In this document: positions 1 through 12,792 of the stretch, one piece after another
Numbering within the stretch: the first letter of the stretch is position 1
Layout of the letters: the number at the start of each line of letters is the position of its first letter
Source of the DNA: Vermamoeba vermiformis
Lineage: Eukaryota
Assembly (NCBI GenBank): GCA_045837725.1
Contig: JBEWZL010000003.1
Coordinates: 540,682-560,681, forward strand
Length of the DNA: 20,000 bases
Direction: 5' to 3'
Notes under the pieces: generated by a model
Seen by the model: the letters and a program-made list of their open reading frames with translations, nothing else
Databases searched by the model: none
What the model was told of the DNA's origin: nothing
Program-made: the position numbers and the translations under genes

Positions 1-25
1 TGATCACGATATATAAGTATCATAC

Positions 26-176
26 CTGCGAATTGAGCCTGCAACACCCATTGAAGCTGAATTCTAACTCGATCCACCGTCGTGCAATTGTTTTGAGCGG
101 CCGTTTTAACAGCACATCCCAGCAATAGCAAGGCTATACTTAACAGTGAGATATAATTTCGATAATGTATCTTCAT
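26..176 (-). CDS. First exon of a secreted NMT1/THI5-like (periplasmic binding protein type II) domain protein; gene continues off the left edge
   Basis: ATG at 176; reads MKIHYRNYISLLSIALLLLGCAVKTAAQNNCTTVDRVRIQLQWVLQAQFAG, then a GTATGA donor at 25. Signal peptide followed by the 'V.lQL.W..QAQFAG' motif typical of NMT1/THI5-family ABC substrate-binding proteins. Confidence 0.7.
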
Positions 177-446
177 GTTGTCTCTTGTGTTCAATTTAAA
201 ACTTCTTACTAACTTTCTTCCGCAGTTGATTTCGGACAAGGATATGTGCGTGACACGTGTCAACGTGAGGTATTTTTACCTTGTTTATTAATAAACTTAA
301 CGACCGCAGACGCCGTCAGGATATCAGTATCTCGTGTACAACTTCTAGTTTTATTCTAATGTAACAATTAGCGATCGCAAAGAACGAAGATAAAGCGGAA
401 TTATTATCTTTGACGGAATGATATCTCGTGGGCTGAAGCGGACTGT

Positions 447-1671
447 TTAGAGAGCCAAAGCGGCCAACAAAGTCATTGAGATGACACCGGCAGTGATAGC
501 AGAGGCATCGCTAGTATCGGGGGAGGGGCAAGTGCTCAACAAAGTGGCACCTAAGTAAAGTGATGTGGATCAGATCTGGGTACAAACAAGCACGCACTAA
601 GTCAATGATTACGTACCGTTAGGGCAAGTATTTCCAGCAACGCAAGTGCTGCCACCAGTAGCTGTAATAAGACAGTCAGTCGCAGTGCTTTTGGGTTAAA
701 CTATTGAACTTGGTGTGGTACTTACCGCTGCACCAGTTGCAAGGTGTGCTAGCATCTTGAGCAGTAGAGACGCACGTATTGCAGTTATTAATGGTAGAGC
801 AAGATTCTGAAAACTACATTAGACCTCGGAACGCAGTCGATCTGAAAACTTACTGTAAGCAGAGCAAGTTTGAGTAGTGGTCAAAGGGGAAGTGCTGTTC
901 TTAAAGCGCCAAGTACCGCAAGATTTGTAAGAAGGGCCGCTTTGAGTGCCTGAAAAGTGAAAGATCAGTCTCGTCACGGCCAAACGAAACCAAAACATAT
1001 CCGATTATTACAATTACGTTTTCTAAAAAATAGTTATTCTTACCAGTCATGCAAGAACCGGAAGATGAACAGTAGCCGCAAGATCCAGAGAGGCAGTCGG
1101 TGCAACCATTGTTGTCAGGATTGTAACAAGGATCTTACAACAAAGGTTAGCATACACTAGCGAGTAGTAATGACTCTTAATCTTACCGGGGCAAGCGGAC
1201 AGCTGATCAGTGCTGGAGCCCTCGCTCGACGTGCACGAGGTGCGTTCAGTTTGGGTGTTAGGGCGACAACCAAGAGCTATAAAGCAATAACTATGCGTTA
1301 GTATTATTGTAACAATGCGAATCTTTCGAAAATTAAACGGCGAAATTTTGGATGTAATATTGTTGCCGCTCTTCAACGGAACGAAACTAAAGGCAAGAAA
1401 TTGTTGATTAAGTAATACTTAATATTGCCGTAGTAATGACAAAATCTAAAACGTAAACGTGCGCATAGTTAATTTAAAAAAGATTTTGCTTGTATCCGGA
1501 TTTGACAGGTGTCGCGGTAATTGACTTACTAGTGCAGAAGAAGCATGCACCGTTGAGACTCAAACACTTGAAGCAGTTACTGCGGTTATCAGCTGTGGTG
1601 CATACAGAAGTGTCGTTTTGAGCAGTGGCTACTGCGATAAGAAAAGCAACGAGCAAGATGTATTTGAACAT
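447..1671 (-). CDS. Secreted, probably GPI-anchored Cys-rich surface protein with ~3 PSI-like repeats (~215 aa, 7 exons)
   Basis: Exons 1671-1530, 1276-1187, 1133-1044, 949-854, 806-726, 661-617, 550-447 splice in frame with GT-AG introns. Signal peptide MFKYILLVAFLIAVATA; repeats C..CL...C.(F/Y/W)C (e.g. GCTDCLSGSCGYCSSSGSCMTGTQSGPSYKSCGTWRF); hydrophobic tail SDASAITAGVISMTLLAALAL*. Confidence 0.85.
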
Positions 1672-1933
1672 GATGTCTGATAGTCTTCAAAATAAATCTA
1701 ATAAATACAGAGGCTACGACTTGTGGCTCTGCGTTCTATAGAATTGAAAATTAAACAATTGCTGTTTTTGCACGTCAAAAACGGTTAACAAACGCGAGGT
1801 AGAGATTTCACAAACAGAATCGGGCGTGATCATCGTTATTTGCTATCATTACGCCTCTATTTCATGACCACAATTGAAGAGTATAATTGTATTTTACTTA
1901 TTTACAAACGTCAAACTAATGATTCAACATTAA

Positions 1934-3272
1934 TTACAATTCCTCGTCTGTAGGCATATCAATCAGTTCCACACGACTGCCTGCCTCGCCGAGTTCTATA
2001 CAAGGATATACAGTGCCTTCTACGCCTTTGAAGGCCACACCATAGTCGACACCGTCGATGATAAAGCGGATTTGTTTCATTTTTGGGTTGTAATTGACCT
2101 CGATTATCTTGCCAGGCTCGATCATCTTGTCGCAGTAGCTGTGACTGACTTCATCTTGCATTGAGAATAAGTTGCCGCAGTAAAGATTCAAGTACCAGCC
2201 GCAGCTCAAGAAATTGGAGGCGTTTGGTTCAAACGTGATCGGCGCCATACCGACGTTCAGTGTCGTACTGTTATAACAACGCACTCGATATGACGAGTTA
2301 GGTTTGTTGCCGAGAACAGCTGCGTCCCAGCCCTGGCCATTGGTGCGTGTTGCAATGCGGTTCCCTTCGCTCAACACGATCTTGTCTGATTTGAGCTTGG
2401 AGTCCCAGCGAAGTGGTGTGTCTTTGGGATATTTCTTCTCCAGCTGCTTGAGTAGTCCTTCGACTTGATAGAACTCTGCCTCTAGTCTGAACTCTTTGAG
2501 CTCAGCGCTCGACTGATCTTCTTTGAGGATCAGCATGCCCGTGCGGAGGTAGTTTAAGATTGTGGCGAAGTGTTTGGGGTCTCGGTCGATAAAGTACGAG
2601 CCATCTTCATCAGGCTCGAGGTTGAATTGTCCACTGAACATCGCTGAGAGCATTGACCGCTCTTTGAGTAGGGTCTGAAGGGATGTGGTGAATAATTGCC
2701 CGCCAACATTCAATTTGACCTTCTTATTTGGTAAATTCTTTTGGATAGTCGTATTTGCGATGTTAGTGTTGATTATTGCGAGGTTATTGGGCACTGGTGG
2801 GGTTGGTGGAGTGGATTTGAGTTGTTTTAAGAACGAGCCCAAGTGATCTCGCAACAATTCGACTTCTTTTATCAAGCTTTGCTCGCGACTCGACGAATCC
2901 TTGCCATTTGATGTGTGTTTTCCATTTTCTAGGGTCATTTTGCTCAATCTAGACTCGCTTTTGCTGGAGCAATGAACTAGGTCAGATCCAGGATACAAAT
3001 TTGTGCAATTTAAAATCATATTGCTTGTAAATTAGAAAGTTAATTTACATACAATTTATTTTGTTAAAATCTATATTTTTGGGAGATTACGATTTTGTAT
3101 TTAATTTTTCTTTTTGACGATCGACTTACCTTGGTGAACCAACAACTTCTCCATTGCTACCATTAGTGCTGCTAACATTGGTCTTATTTTTAGTTTTAGT
3201 TGGTGGAGAAGTCGGTGTTGTTATCGGCACGCTGGTAGAAGAAGCGGACTCGGCTTCGTTCTGAACTTCCAT
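1934..3272 (-). CDS. BTB/POZ (KCTD/T1-type) + SPRY domain protein, 2 exons
   Basis: Exon 3272-3130 (MEVQNEAESASST...VVGSP) joins in phase 2 to exon 2963-1934. BTB motif VKLNVGGQLFTTSLQTL...YFIDRDPKHFATILNYLRTG...EAEFYQ; SPRY-like C-terminus (WDSKLKSDKIVLSEGNR...IRFIIDGVDYGVAF...VYPCIEL). Confidence 0.9.
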
Positions 3273-4351
3273 CCAGATCTTGATCAATGCAAATAATTAA
3301 ACTCGGGCAATTGTGTTGTAGCAGTGTTCTTACGACAATAGAGCTCGGTGTTTGGAACCGTAAAAATCGTGGTGAAAGAATCACGTGTTTTCTGTTAGCC
3401 GAACTGAGTGTTAGCAACAACTCGACTTATTTGTTCAAGAATGTAGCACATATAACCGAGCTTTTTACTAATGAAAATAGGGGTTAATTAGCACTGAGCT
3501 CATAAAGCTCTAAACTGAAAACAGACTGGAGAATCTGTAAGTGCGCCGAAGTTGGATATTTAAGAATCGTATTTTTAAAAAAAAAGCCATAATTTCAAAT
3601 TGCTGTTGACGCTGTTTACGTTTCAAATTAATTTCGATTTTTAATATTCCGTATTTCGGCCTCAGGACCGATCTGTAGCAGTGGCAAACTACCAACTAAC
3701 TACTAGCAGTTAGTGACATTTATAATTAATTATTCGATCGAGAATGATTTATTAAAATTACAGTGTACAAACGATTTCTTTTGAATAAAGGTTATCGTGC
3801 AATTAAATCAAACAGAATTGTCGTTATGGTTGTTCGAATCTCGTTCCTCGATATAGACGTAATGATGTTAGCATTAGGTCTAGACTCAAGCAATTATACA
3901 AATGTGAAAAACAAGATCTGAACACAATAACTGCAATTCCGTTTCTCTCTAACGCACGACTGTTATCGCTAAGGCCTCGCGCCTTATTGGGCATTAATAA
4001 TTCGAATGTTTGCGCGCGTTGCAATCTTTTGCGCCTTTTCAGAGATTGTTTTAGCGATCACTACGCAAGCCAAGCTGTGTGTCGGATTAGCAGTCTTGTA
4101 CAGCTTGCCAATACGAATCAGTGTAACTACGTCGCCAATATCGACGCTCTGCATGTATTATTTTGGATTAGTATCGCATTAACATGAAGCATAAACGCGA
4201 AGATCCGATCCGGACAATTAAAGTTGGTTTCAACGAAATATTTTGCAATTTAACCAATAAAACTGGTAATTATATCCAATTTAAGTCTAATCAAGGTAGT
4301 TGCAAATTCATTTAAGACGTCACGAATGAAAAGGCACACGAAAGAGTAATT

Positions 4352-5508
4352 TCAATAATAATGTTGCGTTATTTTCATCGGTAATGCCTGCATAAAGCAT
4401 GATATATCGAATAAACAGCTTAAATAATTACACTTACGTCTCTAGTGTCGCACAAATAGTTGTTATCGAAATGTTTGATGAGATCTATCTCAATTTCTTC
4501 TGGGTATCCGTAAATAGCGCCTAAAGTGCTGTCAATAATAATGTTCATAATAAAAAATTGTTATTATTATTGCTTTGAAATGTGCCACGATCTGGATCAA
4601 AAAAATCTATCCAGATTGCTTTAATTAGGCTTGATATTTACCTTTCTGATCGTAATATTTCCACACTTGCAATTCACTTCCGGGAAACTCGCGTTCTACC
4701 AGTGCTTTGAGCTCGATCGTAGATTTGACACCGGTCGGAACGTCCTTCACCAAATTTTCTGTTGTAGGAGGTGCAGGTGCAGCAACGGGTGTAGGTGATG
4801 GCTGTACGTATGATTGTGGATTTGTTGACGGCAATGCTTTCTCTAGTTCTGCCCTAATCATGGCGCTAATTACGCGTCCAAATTCTTGCTTGAAATCTGG
4901 ATCTCTTAACACTGAAAGTACCGTATCTCTATTTACAATTGCCTCGCTCCTCTATTCATGTAAATTAAATATTAGAATTTTATCAAGCAATAATTAATTG
5001 CACAGGATGTGGTTTGGTAATAAAAAAAATTACGTACGTCGGTAGCAAAGCTGCCAGAATGATTTATTGAGGGATAACTGTCATTTCCAAAACTCGATGA
5101 AAAGCTGTCGATGCTGCCACGGTAACCGGGTGACTATCATAGTAATCAAATCCAAATTAATTTTACGTTGTCAAAATTTGACGGCCATAAATGCCAATAA
5201 TGCCGTAAATTAAACATATAATTAATTATTAATCGTGCAATGTGGTATTTACACGAGAGACGTTATTATCATTATCGGATTGAAAAAAAAAATAATTTGA
5301 TCCGAAACAAAATCTCTTGATTTAATAATCCACTTACGCTTAAATTTTGTTGTGAGTTGTAAGGTGATAATGGAGGCTGTCCGTCACCATTTATTTGGTC
5401 TCCATAGCCGGTGTTTCCCCCTGAATTAGGTTGATCGGAATAACCACCAAATCCACTGCTATAGTTATTATTTGGGTCGTGTTCCATCGTATAGACCTGT
5501 GTAGCCAT
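4352..5508 (-). CDS. Hypothetical protein, 5 exons; low-complexity G/S/N/Y/P N-terminus and a small globular C-terminal region
   Basis: In-frame splicing of MATQVYTMEHDPNNNYSSG...QNLS | SPGYRGS...FATD | RSEAIVNRDTVLSVLRDPDFKQEF...YYDQK | GAIYGYPEEIEIDLIKHFDNNYLCDTRD | ALPMKITQHYY* with canonical donors and acceptors. Confidence 0.75.
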
Positions 5509-5763
5509 ATAAAAAGGAAACGAAAAACCAAAATTCGCGTCCGACTGACAAAGTCGAGGCAGTTTGACATATGTCACGAAATAATTTACATTAGCGCAAC
5601 GCTACCTGCAACGAACACCATAATACCCCTGTAAATATTATGGAGATATTCATTAGATCTATTCTATGAATTTTTGAAGCTTGGTAACGTCACTGTACGA
5701 AATGCAGATCGTGTTTCTTCAGATCTTCTCGTGCAACTTCATTCGCTGATAAGGAAATATTTA

Positions 5764-8303
5764 TTACACGACGACTTGCACGTTCTTTTTGGTTGGAGTA
5801 CGTGCAGGGGACAAGATCCGACCGACAATTGGAATGCCTGACAACCAACCGCCGGAATTCGATCTGAACAACAAAATGTCAATTAATCTAGTCATTTTTA
5901 GTAATAATTACTCATGATTACCTTTCAATATAAGGACTCTGTGGGGTAGTGGCGCTGTTCGCCATGTATTGCGCACGTGCCTTCGGGTTGACAGGTGTTG
6001 AGGGTCCATCAAGTGGTGGAGGCGGCAGATTTAACTTGCCGGGAGTGTTGCCAGGGCCAGGGCGTGCTGCGGGGGCCATGAGGCGCGGGTCACTAGTCAT
6101 GCCATTATTCAGCACGACTTGTTTTTGGAGCTGCAAGACACGAGGTGAGTTAAGTTTTTGGTTGAAAGGAAACGATTGCTACAGACCTGCAAGGACTCGT
6201 ACAACTCTGCGTTACGCTTGACGAGCACGCCATTGCGACGCACTTCATTGGCCAATTGTTCAAGCAATACGCTCTTTTGTGCCACGACCTGAATGGACAC
6301 GTGTCAGTCAAAACGAACCGAGCTTGTCAACAAAGGACTCACCTTGTCAGTGGTTAAAATCAACTGTTCTAATCTCTTGCGCTGTGAGGCGAGTTGGTTC
6401 TCTAATTGAGCGGCATATTGAGTCTGTTTTTGAAGTCTAGCGCGCAACTCCTCGCTGGACAAGGAGTCAGTGCGGCCAGTGCTGGACTGTTGTGGTGTGT
6501 TAGGAGCGGGCGTTTGGGGCTTGGGCTCATTGCTCTTTGTAGGTGTGCTAGTAGGTGTACTCGTGGCCGATTGGTTGGATGATTGCGCGAGTCGTTGTTG
6601 CAGCTGCAAGTTCTGTGCTTGCAATTGATGGTATTGTTCCTTCAACTTGGCGCTAATTTGTTCTTGTTGGGCCAGTTGTGCGCGCAGTTGACTTACGAGC
6701 GGCGTGTCGCCAGAGGGGACAGTAGGTGCCACGATCGGTTTGTTTTGAGTGGCCGCGGCAGCTTCTTCGCGCAGTCTCAAAGTCTCTTCGCGCTTTCTCA
6801 AGGCCTCTTCGCGCTCCTTCAACTGCGCGTCTTGAGTTCTGCCGCCTTGTTGCTGCGAGGCGTATTGTTGCTCCAACTTGGCGACGTTGTCTTCGCGCTT
6901 TTTCAGAGCCACTTCACGGTCTCGATGCGCTGTCTCGCGGTTCCGCAACAGAGTCTCGTTCTGCACGACGGTGTTTTGTTTTTCTTTCAATTGTTCCTCT
7001 TGCTTTTTAATCAACCTCTTCTTTGACTTTGAGCTCGTCTTCTCTCTTTTTCAATTGTTCTTCGCGCTTCTTCGCTGCGCTGGAATTCTCGTCTGCCTTT
7101 TGCGCAGAGGCGTTCGATACTTTTTGAAGCTTGTCAATCTCTTCTCGTTGCTGTCACCGTGTTAGACAGATAGATAGCATAATATCGATAAACAAGTACG
7201 TACCAATGCTTTTTGTTGCTCCAATTCGTTTTTCTCTTGACGCAGGGTGTCAATCGATTTCTGCATTTTTGTGACTAATTCGCGCAAGTTAGCGTTGTCC
7301 TGGTTCAGTTTTTGTTTCTCTTGAGCAAAATTGTTTCGTTCTTTGTCTAAATCTCCTTGCAATGACTAAAACGAATCTTGTATTAATTACGCAGTCCGAT
7401 ATATTTAAAAACCAATTCTTACATTTGACCTATTGGCTTGAGCTTCCAGTTCAGAGACTCGTTTGGATTTTTCAGCAAGCTGTAGTATAGATATTAAACA
7501 ACAGATTCATAATAATATCAAATTCGTACCTTGTTCTTCAAATCATCAATATCTTGCGTTAATTTTCGTTTGTTTTGATCAAACGCGTCTTTTTCTTGCA
7601 ATAAAATCTTGTTGGTCTGTTCCAATATTGACATGCGGGTCTGTTGTTTTTTCATTTCTGCTTTCACACTCTTCACTTCTTGCTGCGCTTTTGTCACCTC
7701 CTCGTCTTTGGCACGCAGCAGAGCATCGTAATCTATTGCAGGCCGCGTATCTAGAATCGGTGGTGTATATGTGCTTATTGATGAGTCATTATATTCATAG
7801 CTGCTGCTCGTAGTACTCGAGCCCTAGACGGAAAACATTGTTAGATCGAAGGAATTGCTTTTTTAAATTTTAATCAGATGAAAGAGCAAAGAAAATGGTA
7901 TATTTTATAAGTAATATAATTAATATCGTCGAGGTTAATTTCGGAATTTTGGAAATAAATTTCACTAAAATAGATCTACGTCAGTAAAACACTTGTCGTT
8001 AATAGACGACTTGGAATTAAAAAATTTAAAATTAGTACGGATATGCTTGTTGCAAACTTACGTTAATATCAGCGGGTTTATTAATATTTTCTTCAGGTTT
8101 CGAGATCGGTTCTTCTTCAATAGAAAATCCTCCATTATTAGCTGCTTTCTGCCCCGCTTGTGCTTGTTTTTTCTTTGTATTTTTCATCTTTTGGAACTGC
8201 AGATACATTTAGATTAAGCTTGATCTAAATAGAGATAGCCGTTTTGATACTTTACCCTTTTTCGGCCCTCTTCCAAGAGCTTCTTTCTATCAGCGTCGCT
8301 CAT
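5764..8303 (-). CDS. Long coiled-coil protein, GM130/golgin-like, multi-exon
   Basis: N-terminus MSDADRKKLLEEGRKR|FQKMKNTKKK; extended E/Q/K/R heptad regions (ORFs 7162-7362, 6304-7014); Pro-rich segment; C-terminus ...GGWLSGIPIVGRILSPARTPTKKNVQVVV*. GT-AG introns throughout. Confidence 0.75.
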
Positions 8304-8744
8304 TATTCAGTACTGTTAACACTATTTACACTTCATACTCTCATGTGGTTGAATACCGAGTAACGGAAAAATTATTATTTGAAATTAGAAAGAGCAACGT
8401 AAGACAACGGAGCAGCAATGTGAAATTTGCAAAATAAGCGATCATTCGAGCAATTTAATGATGCGCCGCGTCTGTACGCCAATGACAGCGCTTTGACAAT
8501 GTCGCAGGTCCGTATCTGGATGTACATCCAAATTAATTTTTTTCGTATCGCGTTATTTATCCTGAAACGGATATTTTTTTGTTAATTTTGTAAATATATT
8601 ATGAAGTAATAACGGGCACTCTGATTTTTTCAGACACCACAAGAACATGCTCGCGACATTTCCTGTTTTGTTTAGTCGACTAAACGCAAACCTTTTTTAG
8701 TACACAGTCTGTTCAGTCTGAACGCACTACAACACCACGCGCTC

Positions 8745-11295
8745 ATGCAGTACAAATTGCTTGCGTTATTATTTTGCGTCGCCGCTGCGTGGCAGTTCGC
8801 GGCTGCATTGCCCACTAACCCGAATAAGGTTGTACCAATCTTCGTTGGGTTGAAACAACGAAATATTGACAAGCTGCACGTAAGAATTATCGATAATATT
8901 AGAGACATAATATTAATTGATGTTTTTTCGCAGGAAATTGCGTTGTCTGTGAGCGATCCAGATTCCCCTCGTTACGGTACATTTTTCATTCTCATTTTTT
9001 TCTGACTCGCTTTATTATCGCCCATCAACTGCTAACGCATATTCTAGGCCAATTCTTGTCTAAAGAGGAAGTTCTTGAAATAGTAGCCCCTTCAAAGGAA
9101 GATCATGATCTCGTCGTTAACTACTTTAGAGATTTAGGTACGCGTTATTTCTAATACACTATTCACGTAAAACGAGTACGTGCTCACTGTATTTCTGCAG
9201 GTTTCTCCGTTCAGTCGTTTGGCGATTCGCTCATCTTGCAAGCTCCCGTGAAGACGATCGAAAGTGCTTTGCAAACTACTATGGGCACGCTGGCCACTGC
9301 CAAACATTCTAGCGGTAGGCCTTACAATTTGTAAATAGGTTAATTAATTACAATTTCTAACGGCATTTGCACACGTACGTAGGCAAAACCTTGCACCGAA
9401 CTTTCCCCACATCTACCTACAAGATTGCCGACCACATTATGGATAAGATCGAAATCATCACCACGAACACCGGTGAGGCCAATATCAAGCGCCTTTCGGA
9501 TTACCAGCCTAAGAGCAAGCGAGCGTAAGATTTTTAAACAATTGTATGGAATTTAATTTTGCTTACGTGCCTCGCAGCGCTGAACAACTGCAAAGCTTGC
9601 CCTCTGTCGTGCCTAAGAGCATTCGCATCAACTACGGCATCAACGGATCCTTCGACACTGCCACCAATCCTAAAACAACGCAATTGGTCGTCGAATTCAA
9701 TCACGAAGCCATGCCTCAAGACAGCGACATTCAAGGCTTCGTTCAAGCCGCCAAAGAAAAGTACTCGAACTGGACTCAGATCTACGGTGGCTACGGACCT
9801 GTTGGCGTCGGTGATTTGCGCGAGTCTACTTTGGACTTTGAGTACATTATGACCGTTGGTCGCGGAGGTAATTACTTTGAATCAATTATCGACGGCTTCT
9901 TAACGAACTGCAATGCACAGCTCAAAACTGGTGGATGTACATTAAAGGCTGGATGATGGAGTTTGCCGTGGCATTGAATGCCTTGAAGACCACACCGCTC
10001 GTCGTGTCCATTTCTTGGGGGTGGGCTGAATCTGATCAGTGCAATATTATGGAGACTGGGTACGTCGCACGACCTACTATCACCATGCGTAATTGCTAAT
10101 CGATAAACTCGGACACAGTACTGACTGCAAGGGCTTCGACACGTACGCGTACATCACTCGTGTCAACAACGAATTCGCTAAGCTCGCTGCTCGCGGTAAG
10201 TCACTATCGTCATTTTGTACGTTTATCGTGCTGATCTCCTGCAGGTGTGTCGATCCTCGCTGGTTCTGGAGACGCTGGTGCCGCTGGTCCGTTGAATCCG
10301 AACTGCGAGAACAGCATTCCTCCTCGTACGTACATTATCGCGCGCTTGACTCGTTTACTGGTTAACTTGTTATGCACGCACTATAGTCTATCCTATGTTC
10401 CCTGCCTCGTCTCCTTGGGTCACTTCAGTTGGTGCTGTGACTTGGACCGGCAACAAGCCTGGCTGGATGCCACCGATGAGCCAAGAGATCTCGTTTTCAG
10501 ATAAGAAGCGCCAAGTTATTCCTCCTCCGTTGTGCAATGTTTTCCCTCAAATGCAGTGCGCATTCGCTCCTCAAATTGAAGTTGTAGCTTCTGCAGGCAA
10601 CACTTATTTGCAGTTCACTAGCGGTGGTGGTTTCAGCAACAAAACTCCTCAGCCCTCGTGGCAAGCTAGCGCTGTTACTGGCTACTTGAACACGCCTGCA
10701 ATCATGTTGCCTCCTGCTGGCTCGTTCAATCCCAAAAACCGCGCTTATCCTGACATTGCCGCTGTTGGTAAGAATGATCTGAGAGCAGGACATGCCAGAG
10801 TCTAATCAATTTCTGCCAGGTGCTCGCTTTTTGACACTGATCATGGAGTTCCCTACTATTGAAGAAGGTACCAGTGCCTCCACTCCCGTATTTGCGGCAA
10901 TGGTTTCCTTGATGAACGATGCTCGTCTCAACAACAAAAAGAGTCCTTTGGGCTTCTTGGTGAGTCCAGTGCACTGCAATTGTATTTAGCAACTGATCTC
11001 TAATTAATTAGAACCCACTGCTTTACAAATTGGCCAAATCCAATCCCCAAGTTTTTAATGGTATGTTTGAGCACTTTGGAAATTAATTCTCACTTCAAAT
11101 GTTCAGATATCACTGTTGGTGACAATAGATGTGCCATTCAACTGTGTTGCCCATCAGGTTATGGTGCCACCACTGGTTGGGATGCTGCTGTAAGTAAATT
11201 GGATAGTAAGGTTAATAGAAATCTAATATTTGTAGTCTGGCCTTGGTACTCCTAATTTCCCTGAGTTGTTAAAGGCAGTGCTAAAGGTAGCCTAA
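8745..11295 (+). CDS. Sedolisin / tripeptidyl-peptidase I-like S53 serine-carboxyl peptidase, secreted or lysosomal, ~14 exons
   Basis: Signal peptide; prodomain motif VSDPDSPRYG(Q)FLS; catalytic E-x-x-x-D (RESTLDFEY), SISWG, oxyanion SGDAG, PASSPWVTSVG, SGGGFS, RAYPDIAA, nucleophile GTSASTP, Ca-binding DITVGDN...GWDAASGLGTPNF; stop TAA at 11293-11295. Confidence 0.95.
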
Positions 11296-11339
11296 GCATA
11301 AAGACATATGGGCTAACAAATGTTCAAAACAATAAAATT

Positions 11340-11793
11340 TTAAACTCCTATCTCTTGTGTTCTTTCTTTCAGTAATATGGCAGCTGGGTTTTTCTGATCT
11401 AACCTCAGAAATTACAGGACAGACTTTTGTCCTGTCTCTCTTTGGCTCTTGCCTCATGCATTTCAGCAAGTTGACCAGAAAACAGGGGTTGAAAATAAAT
11501 TGTTGCAGCTCATTCTCATTTGTCTCTGCCAGTGTGAGCACCTAGGGGAAAGCTCTGCCATTTGTTTTAGTTTGCTCAACAGATTTGCCTATGTTGATGG
11601 TTCTATTCCTGGGTTGGTTCCTGTCATCATCAAACCTGTTTCAACACCTGTGCTTGTGCAAGTCTGGAAACAAGAGCTCTTTGTTGCCCTTTTAATGCTC
11701 CAGAGTAGCACTGATTGCAGCTTTTAAATCTGTTTCAGGTACTTGTCTTTCATGCTTCCAACCTCTGCTTGTAGTAACAAATAACTCACCCAT
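11340..11793 (-). pseudogene. Possible degenerate coding fragment in the CpG-free zone
   Basis: One frame reads MGELFVTTSRGWKHERQVPETDLKAAISATLEH*KGNKELLFPDLHKHRC*NRFDDDR...AFP*VLTLAETNENELQQFIFNP...; the isolated TAA/TGA/TAG stops are compatible with C>T changes. No family recognised. Confidence 0.3.
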
Positions 11794-11939
11794 TGTAAAA
11801 GAGATTTTAGATTCTAAAAGTTAGTTTTTTGGCAGCCATTATAACATAACTTTTGGGTGTTACAAGCCCCAGGGACTCTGCAGCAAGTCAGAGCTCAGAC
11901 AAATCCAGTGTAAGCCAGGACTAAGGCAGTAAATCCTTT

Positions 11940-12330
11940 TCATGGCTGTTTATGTGGAGAATGAGAGGTAATTTTGATTAAATATTTTAATTTTTACTAA
12001 TTATTATTTTAGAAAATATGCTGGTCTACTCATGCACAGACACAGCTTTAGGTGCCATGAATGCTGTAGCAGCCAAAGTAGATTACTGCTAGAGGTCATT
12101 AGTCTTGAAGGCACTCACATACTCACCTTGGTAAAAGAGTACTTCCTCAAGTTCTTATCAACTAGAGCAAGCAAACTGTGATAAACTTCAATGTGCTGCA
12201 CTTTCCTTTAGTGAATGTGAGCTCTTTGCCAATTGTGTTAGCCACAACAACAACTCTAAGCCCTTGTATTTCCAGCCTGGGGCCCTCACAGTCCTGCAGG
12301 AATACTTCCCACCTGCTGCTATGGTAGGCT
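11940..12330 (+). pseudogene. Possible decayed spliced gene fragment
   Basis: A GT...CTAAT...TTTTAG intron at ~11968-12012 is followed by a protein-like but stop-interrupted exon (...ECELFANCVSHNNNSKPLYFQPGALTVLQEYFPPAAM) and a GTAGGC donor. Confidence 0.25.
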
Positions 12331-12792
12331 TCTGGGTTATAGAAATTTAAGGGTTATAGAGTTTAAAGTCCAGTTAACCCTTTTTGTTAAACTTTTGACT
12401 TTTTTGGCCTTTTTGCCATCATTTTTTCATTGATGTTGTGCTTACTTGCCGGATTGCTTACTTGCCAAAATTTTTTGCCAAGTAAAACGAACAAGCACAA
12501 TTAATCGTGCTTGTAATATTTATTTTTGTGCGCACAGTATTTCCCGTTTTACACGATAACTTTGCAAAAAGCTGAAATCCATTCCAGATTTTGCAAGATT
12601 TTTCCCCAGTGATTTTGCTACGCAAATTTGGTAAGCAAAGAAGAAAAGAAATTATAAGTAAATAACCATCATATTTCCGAAGTGCAAAATAAATTACTTA
12701 TATAGGGTCTAGGGTTATATATCACGTTGGGGTTAGCATTTTACAGTTTTTTTGTAGCCAAGGGTGAATTTTTTTATGCCTTGGCAACTTCA

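Noticed and set aside
1934-3019. Intronless BTB-SPRY gene as retrogene or viral insert
   Set aside because: An upstream in-phase exon (3272-3130) exists, so it is a normal spliced gene.
6583-7165. Plus-strand ORFs overlapping the coiled-coil gene
   Set aside because: Antisense shadows of the real minus-strand exon.
12334-12735. Telomere-like GGGTTA pieces and a piggyBac-like TTAACCCTTT end at ~12374
   Set aside because: Not tandem, and no matching opposite terminus or transposase is recognisable in the window.
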